Shown one piece after another: positions 9,384 to 18,636 of a stretch of 64,000 bases of DNA; position 1 is the first letter of the stretch; the number at the start of each line of letters is the position of its first letter. The notes below the pieces were generated by a model. It was not told where the DNA came from and searched no databases. It was given only the letters and a program-made list of their open reading frames with translations. Source of the DNA: Acidobacteriota bacterium (GTDB lineage Bacteria > Acidobacteriota > Terriglobia > 20CM-2-55-15); the NCBI GenBank assembly GCA_003222815.1, contig QHXC01000418.1:111-64110 (forward strand), given 5' to 3'. A program made the translations under genes and the position numbers.

Positions 9384-9407
9384 GTTCATTAAATGTAAAC
9401 TGGAATC

Positions 9408-10079
9408 GTGATCGTCTTCGGACACCGCGGCGCGCCGGGTTATCCCCGATACGGTGAAAACACAATCTCGTCATTTAATAAGGCCCTTCGGAGCGGTGCA
9501 GACGGGCTAGAATTCGACGTGCGCCGATGCCGGGATGGAAGAATCGTGGTGATACACGATGAGACCATCGACCGCACAACCAACGGAAAAGGGCGCGTTG
9601 CGGATCTCTCATACGAGGAATTGAGGCGGTTCGATGCCGGCTTCGGCGAACCAATTCCGCTGTTATCGGATGTCCTTGATGTGTTCGGCGCCAAGTGTTT
9701 GCTCAATATCGAAATCAAGGAACGGGAAATTGTAGACGGAGTCCGAAAGCTTGTTCTCGAAAAGCGTCTCGAAAAGCACGTGATCGTTTCAGACTTCGAA
9801 TGGCGGGAGCTGGCGACGCTGACTCCGGAAATCCCGATCGCCCTGCTCAGCTCGAAATTGGAAAATCTCATTCCTGCAGCGCGGCAGATGGGCGCCACAG
9901 CCATTCATCCTCGCAGAGACCTGGTGACGGCGAGCCTTATTGCTGCAGCGCGCCAGGCTAAACTGCGAGTCCACATCTGGACCGTGAACGGACTGGATGA
10001 AATCTCGCGCTCTCGAAGACTCGGCGTTGATGGAATCTTCACGGACTTTCCTGAACGATGTTCGACGTCTGCATCATAG
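9408..10079 (+). CDS. ugpQ: glycerophosphodiester phosphodiesterase (GDPD/UgpQ family)
   Basis: GDPD N-terminal motif HRGAPGYPRYGENTISSFNKALRSGADGLEFDVRRCRDGRIVVIHD. GTG start in the ORF track. Confidence 0.8.
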   Translation: MIVFGHRGAPGYPRYGENTISSFNKALRSGADGLEFDVRRCRDGRIVVIHDETIDRTTNGKGRVADLSYEELRRFDAGFGEPIPLLSDVLDVFGAKCLLNIEIKEREIVDGVRKLVLEKRLEKHVIVSDFEWRELATLTPEIPIALLSSKLENLIPAARQMGATAIHPRRDLVTASLIAAARQAKLRVHIWTVNGLDEISRSRRLGVDGIFTDFPERCSTSAS

Positions 10080-11149
10080 GAGCCGGTGGCATTGTCGGCT
10101 GCGCGATTGTCCGGGAGTTGGCGCAACAGGGGTTCTCCGTAGCAGGCATCGAGAAGCACGAAACCGCCTGTCAGGAGACATCCGGCCTGAACAGCCGCGT
10201 GGTCCATTCGGGGTTTCACGAAATCTTTGGAACACTCAAATCCGCGCTTGCCTGCGAAGGTAGCGGGCTCCTCATCCGATATGCCGAGGAACGCAGCATC
10301 CGGCTTCTCAGAACCGGAATGCTCATTGCGATTCCTCACGGAAGCATCCGTGCGGGTTTGTGGAAGGAAGCGGATGCGCTGTGGAGATTGTGGAGACAAG
10401 GCCGTCGACAAAACATTCCATTTCGATTCGTTCTTACCCCGGACGGCATTCGCAGATTGGCGCCGATCCAGGCGCTCGGCGGGATTTATATCCCTTCGGT
10501 GTGTGTGATCGATTTGGAGCAATTCGTAAGTTCGCTGGAAGCCGATGCAATAGCTGCCGGCGCACAATTCCTCTATAACAGCGAAGTCACCGGCATTGCC
10601 GCCGAAGCATCCACGTTCCGCGTGATTACTTCCTCAGGAGAGTTGCGATCGCGGATCCTTGTCAATTCGGCCGGACTTCATGCCCATGAGATATCGGTTA
10701 TGGCGGGCGGCCCGAAGTACGAAATCGAATTTATTCGAGGTGATTATTATGAACTCGCCGGCGGAGTAAAGCGATGGAACGTCCGAACGCTGGTCTATCC
10801 GGCCACGCCTCCTCGGTCTCCCACAAAGGGTATTCACTTCGGCCCTCGCACCGACGGGCGGCTGTTTCTCGGCCCGAGCGCCTCGCCAAAAACGGAAACA
10901 GCGCCAAAAGAGCTTTTCCTTGAAGCGGGCCGGAAATTCATTTCAAGTATTCGGGAGAGCGATCTGGAGTGGGCCTACGCCGGGATCCGTCCCAAACGTG
11001 TGTCCGTCGACGGAAGGTCTGATTTTACGATCGGCCTGGATCGAACCATACCTCCGCTGATTAACCTCATCGGCATCGACTCCCCAGGGCTTTCTGCCAG
11101 TATGGCCATTGCCCGGTACGTCGGCCAAATGGTTCAAAAAATTCCCTAA
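10058..11149 (+). CDS. FAD-dependent oxidoreductase (LhgO/GlpA-like)
   Basis: N-terminal dinucleotide-binding motif VCIIGAGGIVGCAIVREL...GIEK. Overall resemblance to L-2-hydroxyglutarate oxidase / glycerol-3-phosphate dehydrogenase-type flavoenzymes. Confidence 0.65.
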   Translation: MFDVCIIGAGGIVGCAIVRELAQQGFSVAGIEKHETACQETSGLNSRVVHSGFHEIFGTLKSALACEGSGLLIRYAEERSIRLLRTGMLIAIPHGSIRAGLWKEADALWRLWRQGRRQNIPFRFVLTPDGIRRLAPIQALGGIYIPSVCVIDLEQFVSSLEADAIAAGAQFLYNSEVTGIAAEASTFRVITSSGELRSRILVNSAGLHAHEISVMAGGPKYEIEFIRGDYYELAGGVKRWNVRTLVYPATPPRSPTKGIHFGPRTDGRLFLGPSASPKTETAPKELFLEAGRKFISSIRESDLEWAYAGIRPKRVSVDGRSDFTIGLDRTIPPLINLIGIDSPGLSASMAIARYVGQMVQKIP

Positions 11150-11154
11150 TTCGG

Positions 11155-11526
11155 TTATGCGGAGGCTTCGACAGATTTCCTGGCCTGGTGTACCGCCTCG
11201 AGCTCGTTTTCGAAGATTTCGAAGATGGTGTTGAGCCGGGTTATTTCGAATAATCTTTGGACTCGTTTCGTCGGGTTCAGGAGCGTCAAATGACCACGCC
11301 TGTTTTTGACTGAAACCCAGATCGAAACCAGTTGCCCCAATCCCGAGCTGTCAATGTACTCCACACCGGCAAGATTCACGACGAAACGCCGATTGCCGTC
11401 ATTTAAGAATCCGTTCATCTTGTCGCGTAGCGGCAAATCCAGGATCCATAACCTGCCAAACAGATCCAGGACTACTACTTCGGAGATGACACGTATCGTT
11501 ATGACCAGAGCCATATCTTGCTCCAT
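11155..11526 (-). CDS. STAS-domain protein (anti-sigma factor antagonist family)
   Basis: VVNLAGVEYIDSSGLGQLVSIWVSVKNRRGHLTLLNPTKRVQRLFEITRLNTIFEIFENELEA. Confidence 0.75.
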   Translation of the reverse strand: MEQDMALVITIRVISEVVVLDLFGRLWILDLPLRDKMNGFLNDGNRRFVVNLAGVEYIDSSGLGQLVSIWVSVKNRRGHLTLLNPTKRVQRLFEITRLNTIFEIFENELEAVHQARKSVEASA

Positions 11527-11670
11527 GGGAGTAAGGGCCAGATTCTACAACGAAATGTCATATTTCTGTAGTCTAGCCTGAGCTGAAAAACTTTTCATTT
11601 TGCCGGCAGATGTCCCTTGTGTATAAAAGGTTTTGAAGGATGCACCCCCCGGTCAAGGAGGACACATCGG

Positions 11671-12087
11671 ATGGACCCGATCAACCTGAACGAGGGATCG
11701 AACCGACGTCAGATCGAGGAACTGGAGCCGAAGCTAGCACTCAATCGCGGCGAGACAGTTCTCCCGTTGGGGCATTTGTACATCCCTGATGGCATCCACC
11801 GCGGGAACCCGTTATCAACACCGCCTAAATCTCGTCATCGGAATCGGATGGAGGTCAATATGCCTGTTTTTTCGGATGGGAGTGTCGACGCGAAGGAACG
11901 TGGTCTGTTTGATTGTTCGGACGCTCCGTTTGTCGTGCGCTGTCAATGTGGGCGAATTTGGAAGGTGACGGTAGAAAGCGGTGCCGCTGGTCAACCGGAA
12001 TGCGCACCCTGCTCCTGTGGAGTTGAGCTCGTGGCATCGAACGGCGCTACTGGGTTCAACCTCTCGTTGGTCGCTGACCCCTCCTGA
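11671..12087 (+). CDS. hypothetical small Cys-rich protein (possible zinc-ribbon CQCG...CAPCSCG)
   Basis: ATG at 11671 preceded by AAGGAGGA. Four-Cys cluster RCQCGRIWKV...PECAPCSCG. No recognisable family. Confidence 0.3.
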   Translation: MDPINLNEGSNRRQIEELEPKLALNRGETVLPLGHLYIPDGIHRGNPLSTPPKSRHRNRMEVNMPVFSDGSVDAKERGLFDCSDAPFVVRCQCGRIWKVTVESGAAGQPECAPCSCGVELVASNGATGFNLSLVADPS

Positions 12088-12239
12088 TCGGCCGCATCTG
12101 TTGCGGGCACCCTGGCGCAAAGGGGCAGGCACGTCTCTAAGTACACCGTAGAAAGTAGTCCGACTCCCACATCTATCGAATCCGCGGCCGGCCGCGGTTT
12201 CGTGTCGTTCCAGAATCTTAGTGGTACAATTCCGGCACT

Positions 12240-13607
12240 ATGGACGGATCAGCGAACCATTTCACTCGGCGCGAATTCATCAGAGCAGCTCTGGCAGGGC
12301 CTGCACTTTCCGGATCGGGAACCTCGCAGAACACCGCTCAGCCGCAGCGTCCGAACGTCATATTCATCTTGGCCGACGACCTCGGCTATGGCGATCTGAG
12401 CTGCTACGGGCGTCCCGACTACAAGACCCCGATGCTGGATAACCTGGCCAGGCAAGGTGTGAAATTTACGGACGCCTATGCGGCGGCGCCCGTATGCACG
12501 CCCACGCGGACAGCGTTCATCACGGGACGCTATCCCCACAGACTGCCGGTCGGACTCGAAGAGCCCCTCCAGGATGCGAACATGCAGCTCGGTATTCCGC
12601 CGGAACATCCGACAGTCGCGTCATTGCTGAAAGCGAACGGCTACGAAACCGCGTTGATCGGTAAGTGGCATCTGGGCAACTTGCGGGAATTCGGCCCAAA
12701 TCGCCATGGATTCGACGAATTCTTTGGAATCAATGGAAGCTCTGCCGACTACTTTACTCATAACAACACTGCCGGACGGTTCGATCTGTACGAAAACCTG
12801 GAGCCATCCAAAGAAGAAGGTTACCTCACCGACTTGTTCACGAATCGTGCGGTTGGTTACATCAGCCGGAAGCGCGCCCGCCCGTTTTATCTGAGCCTTC
12901 ACTACAACGCGCCTCACTGGCCATGGGAAGGACCGAATGACAAGGCGATCGACCACGATCACCGGCCCATCGAAGTTCGCCGGAACCCTGGCAGCTATGC
13001 ATCTACGGACGGAGGAACGCTCGGCACGTATGCGGAGATGGTGAAGAGCATGGATGCCGGTATCGGGCGAGTCATGAAAGCACTTGAGACCGCCAAACTG
13101 GAGCGGAATACTCTCGTGATTTTCACCAGTGATAACGGTGGCGAGAGATATTCCTTCAACTGGCCGTTTTCATACCAGAAGATGAATCTTTGGGAAGGCG
13201 GTATTCGCATACCGGGCATCGTTCGCTGGCCTGGTGTGGTTCCTGTTGGAAAGCTGATGGGTCAGGTCGCAACCACCATGGATTGGACCGCCACAATTCT
13301 CGGAGTCACTGGGAGCAAACCGCACCCCGCCTATCCACTCGACGGTGAAGACCTGACGCCGGTCCTGACCGGTACTCGCTCACCATACGATCGAACCCTC
13401 TTCTGGAGAATCACGATTCAGGATGCCGCTCGAATGGGGAAGTGGAAATATCTGCGGGAAAATGGAAATGAACATCTGTTTGACCTCTCCGCCGACCCAG
13501 GCGAAAAGACAGAACTCAAGCGAAAATTTCCCGAAGTGTTCGAGAAGATCCAAGGCGAATATCAGAACTGGAATTCCCAAATGCTGCCCAACCCGAGAAA
13601 ATCCTGA
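12240..13607 (+). CDS. arylsulfatase (sulfatase family), Tat signal peptide
   Basis: Tat motif TRREFIRAALAG. Sulfatase signature C-T-P-T-R (the formylglycine site) in AAPVCTPTRTAFITGRYPHR. N-terminal NVIFILADDLGYGDLSCYG. Confidence 0.9.
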   Translation: MDGSANHFTRREFIRAALAGPALSGSGTSQNTAQPQRPNVIFILADDLGYGDLSCYGRPDYKTPMLDNLARQGVKFTDAYAAAPVCTPTRTAFITGRYPHRLPVGLEEPLQDANMQLGIPPEHPTVASLLKANGYETALIGKWHLGNLREFGPNRHGFDEFFGINGSSADYFTHNNTAGRFDLYENLEPSKEEGYLTDLFTNRAVGYISRKRARPFYLSLHYNAPHWPWEGPNDKAIDHDHRPIEVRRNPGSYASTDGGTLGTYAEMVKSMDAGIGRVMKALETAKLERNTLVIFTSDNGGERYSFNWPFSYQKMNLWEGGIRIPGIVRWPGVVPVGKLMGQVATTMDWTATILGVTGSKPHPAYPLDGEDLTPVLTGTRSPYDRTLFWRITIQDAARMGKWKYLRENGNEHLFDLSADPGEKTELKRKFPEVFEKIQGEYQNWNSQMLPNPRKS

Positions 13608-14053
13608 TGACTGGAAGCAAATGGATTACGCGAAGCAATGTCAAAGTCGATCGCGTCGCATGCCCATGGTTGATCCGCCGTTTCATTGATCCGGCCGCGG
13701 AATTTATCTTTGTGCCCGAGGATCAGGTGCTCCAAAGGGCCAAAGAAGAAAATGCCACTCCGTTCGATGCCCCGAGCCTCTCCGAAGTGAAATTGAATCA
13801 TCGCGGCGATCGATGCACGTTTGAAGCTCTCATCGAGGACTTCAAATTGAGCGATCCCGTACTCCACAGACTCGCAATGATTGTCCGGGCTGCCGACGTG
13901 AAAGGCCAGGAGCATGTGGCTCCGGAAGGGCTGGGTTTGCGAGCCATTGCCGAAGGATTTTCTAAGCTCGAAATCTCCGACCATGAGCGGCTCAAGCTGG
14001 GGTTTCCCATCTACGACGCGCTGTATCGGTACGCCGCGATCAACGCGGGCTGA
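13607..14053 (+). CDS. chromate-resistance (ChrB C-terminal domain-like, Chrome_Resist) family protein
   Basis: WITRSNVKVDRVACPWLIRRFIDPAAEFIFVP resembles the ChrB-type domain. Family assignment from memory, not searched. Confidence 0.45.
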   Translation: MTGSKWITRSNVKVDRVACPWLIRRFIDPAAEFIFVPEDQVLQRAKEENATPFDAPSLSEVKLNHRGDRCTFEALIEDFKLSDPVLHRLAMIVRAADVKGQEHVAPEGLGLRAIAEGFSKLEISDHERLKLGFPIYDALYRYAAINAG

Positions 14054-14108
14054 AGCCCGCGACTACATGGACACATTTCACCGTGCATGTACTCGCGGGC
14101 TTTAGCCA
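14042..14108. repeat. REP/MITE-like nested palindromic element (second locus)
   Basis: aacgcgggctgaagcccgcgactacat...gtactcgcgggctttagcc. Sits between convergent chrB-like and comEA genes. Confidence 0.8.
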
Positions 14109-14128
14109 GTCTTAAGCAGGCTCCGTTC

Positions 14129-14527
14129 TCAGGACTTCTTCTTCGATGGCGCTTTTTGCGTCTTGCCGGCCGGTTCAGCCGATTTCCCCGAAGTGGCCGC
14201 GGACTGCTTGGCGATTACCAGACCAACGATCTTTTCGTAAGTCGCCTGCGGAACGATGTTCTTGCGCGTGAGATCGGTTTTCACGCGGTATGGCCGGTTA
14301 TCGATGATCTTCTGTGCGTAAGCATCACCAATGCCCGGCAGCGTCATCAATTCCTGCTTGCTGGCTGAATTCAAATCGACGAGATCCGGCTTGGATTTGG
14401 TCGGCGCTGGCGCCGTTGTCGGCGGCGTGCTCTTTCCAGCGTTCTTGTTCTGAGCCACGACGGGGGCTGCCAGCACAAGAATGGAAACTGCAAAAACAAG
14501 GAATCTAAGGAAGCGTTTAGGGTTCAT
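14129..14527 (-). CDS. comEA: ComEA-like secreted helix-hairpin-helix DNA-binding protein
   Basis: Signal peptide, then [31 protein letters not shown] (the HhH competence motif). Confidence 0.8.
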   Translation of the reverse strand: MNPKRFLRFLVFAVSILVLAAPVVAQNKNAGKSTPPTTAPAPTKSKPDLVDLNSASKQELMTLPGIGDAYAQKIIDNRPYRVKTDLTRKNIVPQATYEKIVGLVIAKQSAATSGKSAEPAGKTQKAPSKKKS

Positions 14528-14560
14528 ATTGAGCTCCTTTCCGAAAGTGGGAAATAATAG

Positions 14561-14590
14561 TTGATTTAAGTTATCAAGTTAGTCTATAAC
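14561..14590 (+). promoter_or_regulatory. Candidate sigma70-like promoter (TTGATT-18-TATAAC) for tauE-cysHDN operon
   Basis: Read by eye: TTGATT at 14561-14566 and TATAAC at 14585-14590, with an 18-nt spacer. Confidence 0.3.
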
Positions 14591-14726
14591 TAGTCCGATC
14601 ACGGTAATGTCTCTGGAATCAATGAAGTTCTTACTCCGATCAAAATGGTCCGGTATATGTTGCTGTTGTTGTAACCGGTACGTGTCGCCATCGGGCTAAT
14701 TGTAACGCACAGTCCCGTTGGCTGGC

Positions 14727-14754
14727 GACCCGCTATTCGAAGCGGGTCTTTTTT
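14727..14754 (+). terminator. Intrinsic-terminator-like hairpin plus T6 in 5' leader of tauE-cysHDN (candidate attenuator / riboswitch expression platform)
   Basis: GACCCGCT-attcga-AGCGGGTC followed by TTTTTT. It ends 20 nt before the AAAGGAG RBS and GTG start at 14775. No plus-strand gene upstream could be using it as a terminator. Confidence 0.5.
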
Positions 14755-14774
14755 GGTCTGGGAAAGGAGCATCG

Positions 14775-15554
14775 GTGAGCACGCAGTCGTTATATCCGTT
14801 GGTCGGTTTGAGCGTTGGTCTCATTGTTGGTCTCACTGGTGTGGGTGGGGGTTCGCTCATGACGCCGATTCTGGTTTTTGTGTTCAAGGTTCCGATCGAA
14901 CTTGCCGTCGGTACGGATCTGCTGTTCGCGTCTCTGACCAAGATTGCAGGCGTCACGGCACACGGCGCTCGGGGTAATGTCGATTTGCATAATGTCGGCA
15001 CGCCCGCGTCGGGCAGCCTGCCGGCATCGATCGCCACGGTCATTGGCCTGGGCTACCTCAAGGCCAGTAGCAAACCTCTGGATGGTCTCGTTCTTCCGGT
15101 GCTCGGATTTTCGCTGGTCGCAACCGCCGCGGCCGTTCTCATGCGCCGGCGGATTCTTGCGGCGGGCAACGGCCGCTACGCTCTGAGTGAGGCAGGCTCG
15201 ACTCGGATAACTGTACTGGTGGGCATCGTTCTGGGCGTTCTAGTCACAATGACGTCCGTTGGAGCCGGAGCGATTGGCGTCGCTGCACTTATGTTGCTCT
15301 ATCCAGCTCTTCGCCCGGCAGCCGTGGTCGGAACGGATCTCGCCCATGCGATCCCGCTCGTGACCATAGCTGGGCTGGGACACTTGCAACTCGGCAATGT
15401 GGATTATCGCCTTCTGCTCGGCCTGCTAGCCGGATCGATTCCAGGCATCTACGTCGGAAGCACCATAAGCGCCAGGCTCCCTGAGGTTCTGATGCGCCGG
15501 ATTCTGGCGTGCGTTCTGCTCGTGATGGGTATCGCCTGCGTGGTTGGAGGTTAG
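14775..15554 (+). CDS. TauE/SafE family sulfite/anion exporter membrane protein
   Basis: GTG start with AAAGGAG RBS. Polytopic membrane protein with a GLTGVGGGSLMTPIL motif and a repeated half (GVAALMLLYPAL) typical of TauE/SafE. Confidence 0.75.
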   Translation: MSTQSLYPLVGLSVGLIVGLTGVGGGSLMTPILVFVFKVPIELAVGTDLLFASLTKIAGVTAHGARGNVDLHNVGTPASGSLPASIATVIGLGYLKASSKPLDGLVLPVLGFSLVATAAAVLMRRRILAAGNGRYALSEAGSTRITVLVGIVLGVLVTMTSVGAGAIGVAALMLLYPALRPAAVVGTDLAHAIPLVTIAGLGHLQLGNVDYRLLLGLLAGSIPGIYVGSTISARLPEVLMRRILACVLLVMGIACVVGG

Positions 15555-15562
15555 AGGTCCGG

Positions 15563-16255
15563 ATGGACGTCGCAGAGAAGACCCGGGATTTGATCTCTCG
15601 ACTGCAGAAACTGGAATCGACTCATTCACCTTCGGCCTTTGCTTGCAGTTTCGGCGCCGAGGACATGGTTTTGCTGGATGTCATTGCGAAGCACGTCCAC
15701 CGGATCGAGGTGTTCACCCTCGATACAGGCCGGCTTCCCGAAGAAACTCACGCATTGGTGGATACCGTGCGCGAAAGGTATTCGATACCGATCCGGATCT
15801 ACTTTCCCGACACCGCGGCGGTTGAAGCCTGGGTCGAGCAAAACGGGCCGAACGGCTTTTACCGCAGCATGGCGCAACGTCTGCAGTGCTGCCACATCCG
15901 AAAGGTTCAACCACTCCAAAAAGCGCTTGCCGGAAAGAAAAGCTGGGTTACCGGTCTGAGGCGAGAACAGTCCGCCTCGCGTCAGAATTTGGAAATCGAG
16001 GCATGGGATGAATCCAACGATCTGGTCAAATTGAACCCGCTATTGGAATGGGCCGCCGAAGAAGTGTGGGCCTACTTAAAGACGCACGACGTTCCTTACA
16101 ACGCCTTGCACGATCGGGGTTATGCCAGTATCGGTTGCGCTCCATGCACAAGGGCGGTCGCTCCCGGCGAGGACGGCCGCGCCGGGCGCTGGTGGTGGGA
16201 GCAAGCCAGCCAGAAAGAGTGCGGTCTGCATCCTCACCAGAAAGTGGCTGTATGA
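15563..16255 (+). CDS. cysH: adenylyl-sulfate (APS)/PAPS reductase, thioredoxin-dependent; Fe-S type Cys pairs present
   Basis: C-terminal KECGLH signature. CC ([10 protein letters not shown]) and CxxC (IGCAPCTRA) pairs are characteristic of assimilatory APS reductases. The stop overlaps the cysD start in ATGA. Confidence 0.85.
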   Translation: MDVAEKTRDLISRLQKLESTHSPSAFACSFGAEDMVLLDVIAKHVHRIEVFTLDTGRLPEETHALVDTVRERYSIPIRIYFPDTAAVEAWVEQNGPNGFYRSMAQRLQCCHIRKVQPLQKALAGKKSWVTGLRREQSASRQNLEIEAWDESNDLVKLNPLLEWAAEEVWAYLKTHDVPYNALHDRGYASIGCAPCTRAVAPGEDGRAGRWWWEQASQKECGLHPHQKVAV

Positions 16256-17151
16256 CCAAAGAATGGACGCACCTTCGCGAGCTTGAGAGCGAATCTATTT
16301 ACATATTTCGCGAAACGGTCGCTCAGTTTCGCAATCCGGTGCTGCTGTATTCCATTGGAAAAGACTCGAGCGTGCTCGTTCATCTGGCGCGCAAGGCGTT
16401 CTATCCTGGTCCGCTGCCATTTCCGCTTCTCCATGTCGACACGGGTTACAAGTTCCCCGAGATGATCAAATTTCGGGATGAATTCACGAAATCCATCGGT
16501 GCGCGCCTCATTGTCCACCGGAATGAAGATGCCATTGCCGCCGGGGCGCATCCATTAAAACTGGGCGTCGCGCGTTGCTGCGGCCAGTTGAAAACGGCCG
16601 CGTTGCTGCATGCGCTGGACAAATACCAATTCGATGCGGCCATCGGGGGCGCCAGGCGCGAGGAAGAGCGGTCGAGGGCAAAAGAACGCGTGTTCTCGCT
16701 GAGAGATGCCTTCGGACAATGGGATCCGCGCCGGCAGCGGCCCGAACTGTGGTCACTCTACAGCGGCGCGATTACCGAAGGCGAAACGATGCGCGTCTTC
16801 CCACTTTCGAACTGGACCGAAGGCGACATCTGGCAGTACATCCTCCAGGAACAGATTCCAGTCGTTCCTTTGTATTTCGCGAAGGAGCGGCTTGTCGTCC
16901 GCCGCAACGGAACGCTGATTCCGGCTGACGAAGCCAAACACCTTAAGGAAGGCGAGCAGCCGGAATTGCTTTCGGTGCGTTTTCGGACGTTGGGCTGCAT
17001 ACCTTGCACGGGCGCCGTTGGATCGTGTGCGACAACTCTCGAGAGCATCGTCGCCGAAGCGGGCGCCGCCAAGACCAGCGAGCGTTCGACACGGATTATC
17101 GATCATGGCTCGAACACCATGGAGGACAAGAAGCGGGAAGGGTACTTTTGA
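16252..17151 (+). CDS. cysD: sulfate adenylyltransferase subunit 2
   Basis: [21 protein letters not shown]...[18 protein letters not shown]...[19 protein letters not shown] matches CysD. Confidence 0.9.
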   Translation: MTKEWTHLRELESESIYIFRETVAQFRNPVLLYSIGKDSSVLVHLARKAFYPGPLPFPLLHVDTGYKFPEMIKFRDEFTKSIGARLIVHRNEDAIAAGAHPLKLGVARCCGQLKTAALLHALDKYQFDAAIGGARREEERSRAKERVFSLRDAFGQWDPRRQRPELWSLYSGAITEGETMRVFPLSNWTEGDIWQYILQEQIPVVPLYFAKERLVVRRNGTLIPADEAKHLKEGEQPELLSVRFRTLGCIPCTGAVGSCATTLESIVAEAGAAKTSERSTRIIDHGSNTMEDKKREGYF

Positions 17152-18158
17152 GCATTAATGTTTTACGCTTTACAACGGCCGGCAATGTCGATGACGGAAA
17201 ATCAACGCTGATCGGCCGCCTGCTGGTCGAAACGCAAGGCGCATTTGAAGATCAGATCGAAGGAGCCCGCCGCGAAAACGAGCGACGCGGCGGCCATGGT
17301 ATTGACTTCTCTCTCCTGACCGACGGCTTAAGGGCGGAGCGCGAGCAAGGTATTACGATCGACGTCGCCTACCGGTACTTCGCTACCCCTAAACGGAAAT
17401 TCATCATCGCGGATGCGCCCGGTCACGAGCAGTACACCCGAAATCTCGTGACGAGCGCAAGCACGAGCGACCTGGCCGTCATTCTCATCGACGCCCGTAA
17501 TGGAATGATGACGCAGTCGCGACGCCATGCATTCATTGCCCATCTGCTCGGCATTCGTCATTTCGTCGTCGCAATCAACAAGATGGATCTCATGGATTAC
17601 CGGAAAGACGCCTACGAGAAGATCCAGAAGGACTTTGTCGACTTCATGAATCGTCTCGGCGGAGCAGAAGCCTACTGCGTGCCGATATCGGCTCTGGCGG
17701 GAGATCTCGTTACCGAGCCCAGCGCACGGATGCCCTGGTACACCGGACCAAAGCTTCTGGAACTTCTGGAGTCGATCGAGGTTGATGATCCGGCCTACAA
17801 ACAAGCCTTTCGATTTGCCGTTCAGCTGGTGAGCCGCCCACCGGCGTCCGCGGAATTTCCAGACTTCCGTGGTTACATGGGGCGCGTGGCCTCCGGCTCC
17901 GTCCGAGTCGGTGATCGCGTCGTCGTGCTGCCTTCGGGAGCTCGAACGACGGTGACCCGCATCGTCACACAAGACGGCCCCCTGGAAGAAGCGTTTGCTC
18001 GACAATCGGTGACCTTGACGCTAGCCGACGATCTGGACATCTCGCGCGGCGATCTCATCGCTGCCGAAGCCCAGCCCCCGCAGGCCCGCACGGAATTACC
18101 GCCTCGACGTAAACACGCTCGAACGCGAATTCCCTGTTTCGGAGCTGCAAACAAATGA
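17148..18158 (+). CDS. cysN: sulfate adenylyltransferase subunit 1 (GTPase), 3' end disrupted
   Basis: TTG start overlapping the cysD stop. G-domain motifs: G1 [15 protein letters not shown], then [11 protein letters not shown], then NKMDL. Frame 0 terminates at 18158 within domain III. Confidence 0.8.
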   Translation: MSINVLRFTTAGNVDDGKSTLIGRLLVETQGAFEDQIEGARRENERRGGHGIDFSLLTDGLRAEREQGITIDVAYRYFATPKRKFIIADAPGHEQYTRNLVTSASTSDLAVILIDARNGMMTQSRRHAFIAHLLGIRHFVVAINKMDLMDYRKDAYEKIQKDFVDFMNRLGGAEAYCVPISALAGDLVTEPSARMPWYTGPKLLELLESIEVDDPAYKQAFRFAVQLVSRPPASAEFPDFRGYMGRVASGSVRVGDRVVVLPSGARTTVTRIVTQDGPLEEAFARQSVTLTLADDLDISRGDLIAAEAQPPQARTELPPRRKHARTRIPCFGAANK

Positions 18159-18291
18159 TATCGGTCAGGTGAGGATCAAAACCCTGCAACCCATTGTCTG
18201 CGACCCTTACAATGTGAACCGGCAAACCGGGGGGTTCATCATCCTCGACGAGACGAATGATACCGTCGCCGCGGGAATGATTCAGGGATAG
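18090..18291 (+). other. cysN: C-terminal beta-barrel segment of CysN in the +1 frame ([13 protein letters not shown]...TGGFIILDETNDTVAAGMIQG*)
   Basis: The translation matches the canonical CysN C-terminus (E. coli ...YQVDINNL...[22 protein letters not shown]). About 20-40 aa appear to be missing relative to E. coli between AAEAQPPQA and YRLDVNTL, and there is a frame change. Confidence 0.65.
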
Positions 18292-18634
18292 ACACCAACT
18301 GTACGTGACAGGGAGGCCTGGCATGAAAGTGTGTCTCGATGCGGCCGCCGGTCAAATGAATCAGTAGCGCCGACCAGAGCATTTGCGCAATTGCGAAGGT
18401 GTAGCGCGTGATCGCCTGGCGAGGCCTGAGGAAAGCCAGTATTATCGGAAAGCTACTAATTACCCCGCCAAGAAACACCGCCGTAAAGACGTGGATATGG
18501 GTTGACTGGACCTTGCCGTTCCATGTGTAAGGGGAAAACACGACGGTCTCGATTGTTGACACAGACAGTTGGCGCGAATACGCTACTGGTCCAGAAAGGC
18601 GCCGATATCCACAGGGACCGAGAAAGGAAACCAA
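18239..18634 (-). CDS. hypothetical membrane protein
   Basis: Hydrophobic segments FTAVFLGGVISSFPIILAFL and MLWSALLIHLTGGRIETHFH. No family recognised. Confidence 0.3.
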   Translation of the reverse strand: MVSFLGPCGYRRLSGPVAYSRQLSVSTIETVVFSPYTWNGKVQSTHIHVFTAVFLGGVISSFPIILAFLRPRQAITRYTFAIAQMLWSALLIHLTGGRIETHFHARPPCHVQLVSIPESFPRRRYHSSRRG

Positions 18635-18636
18635 CC

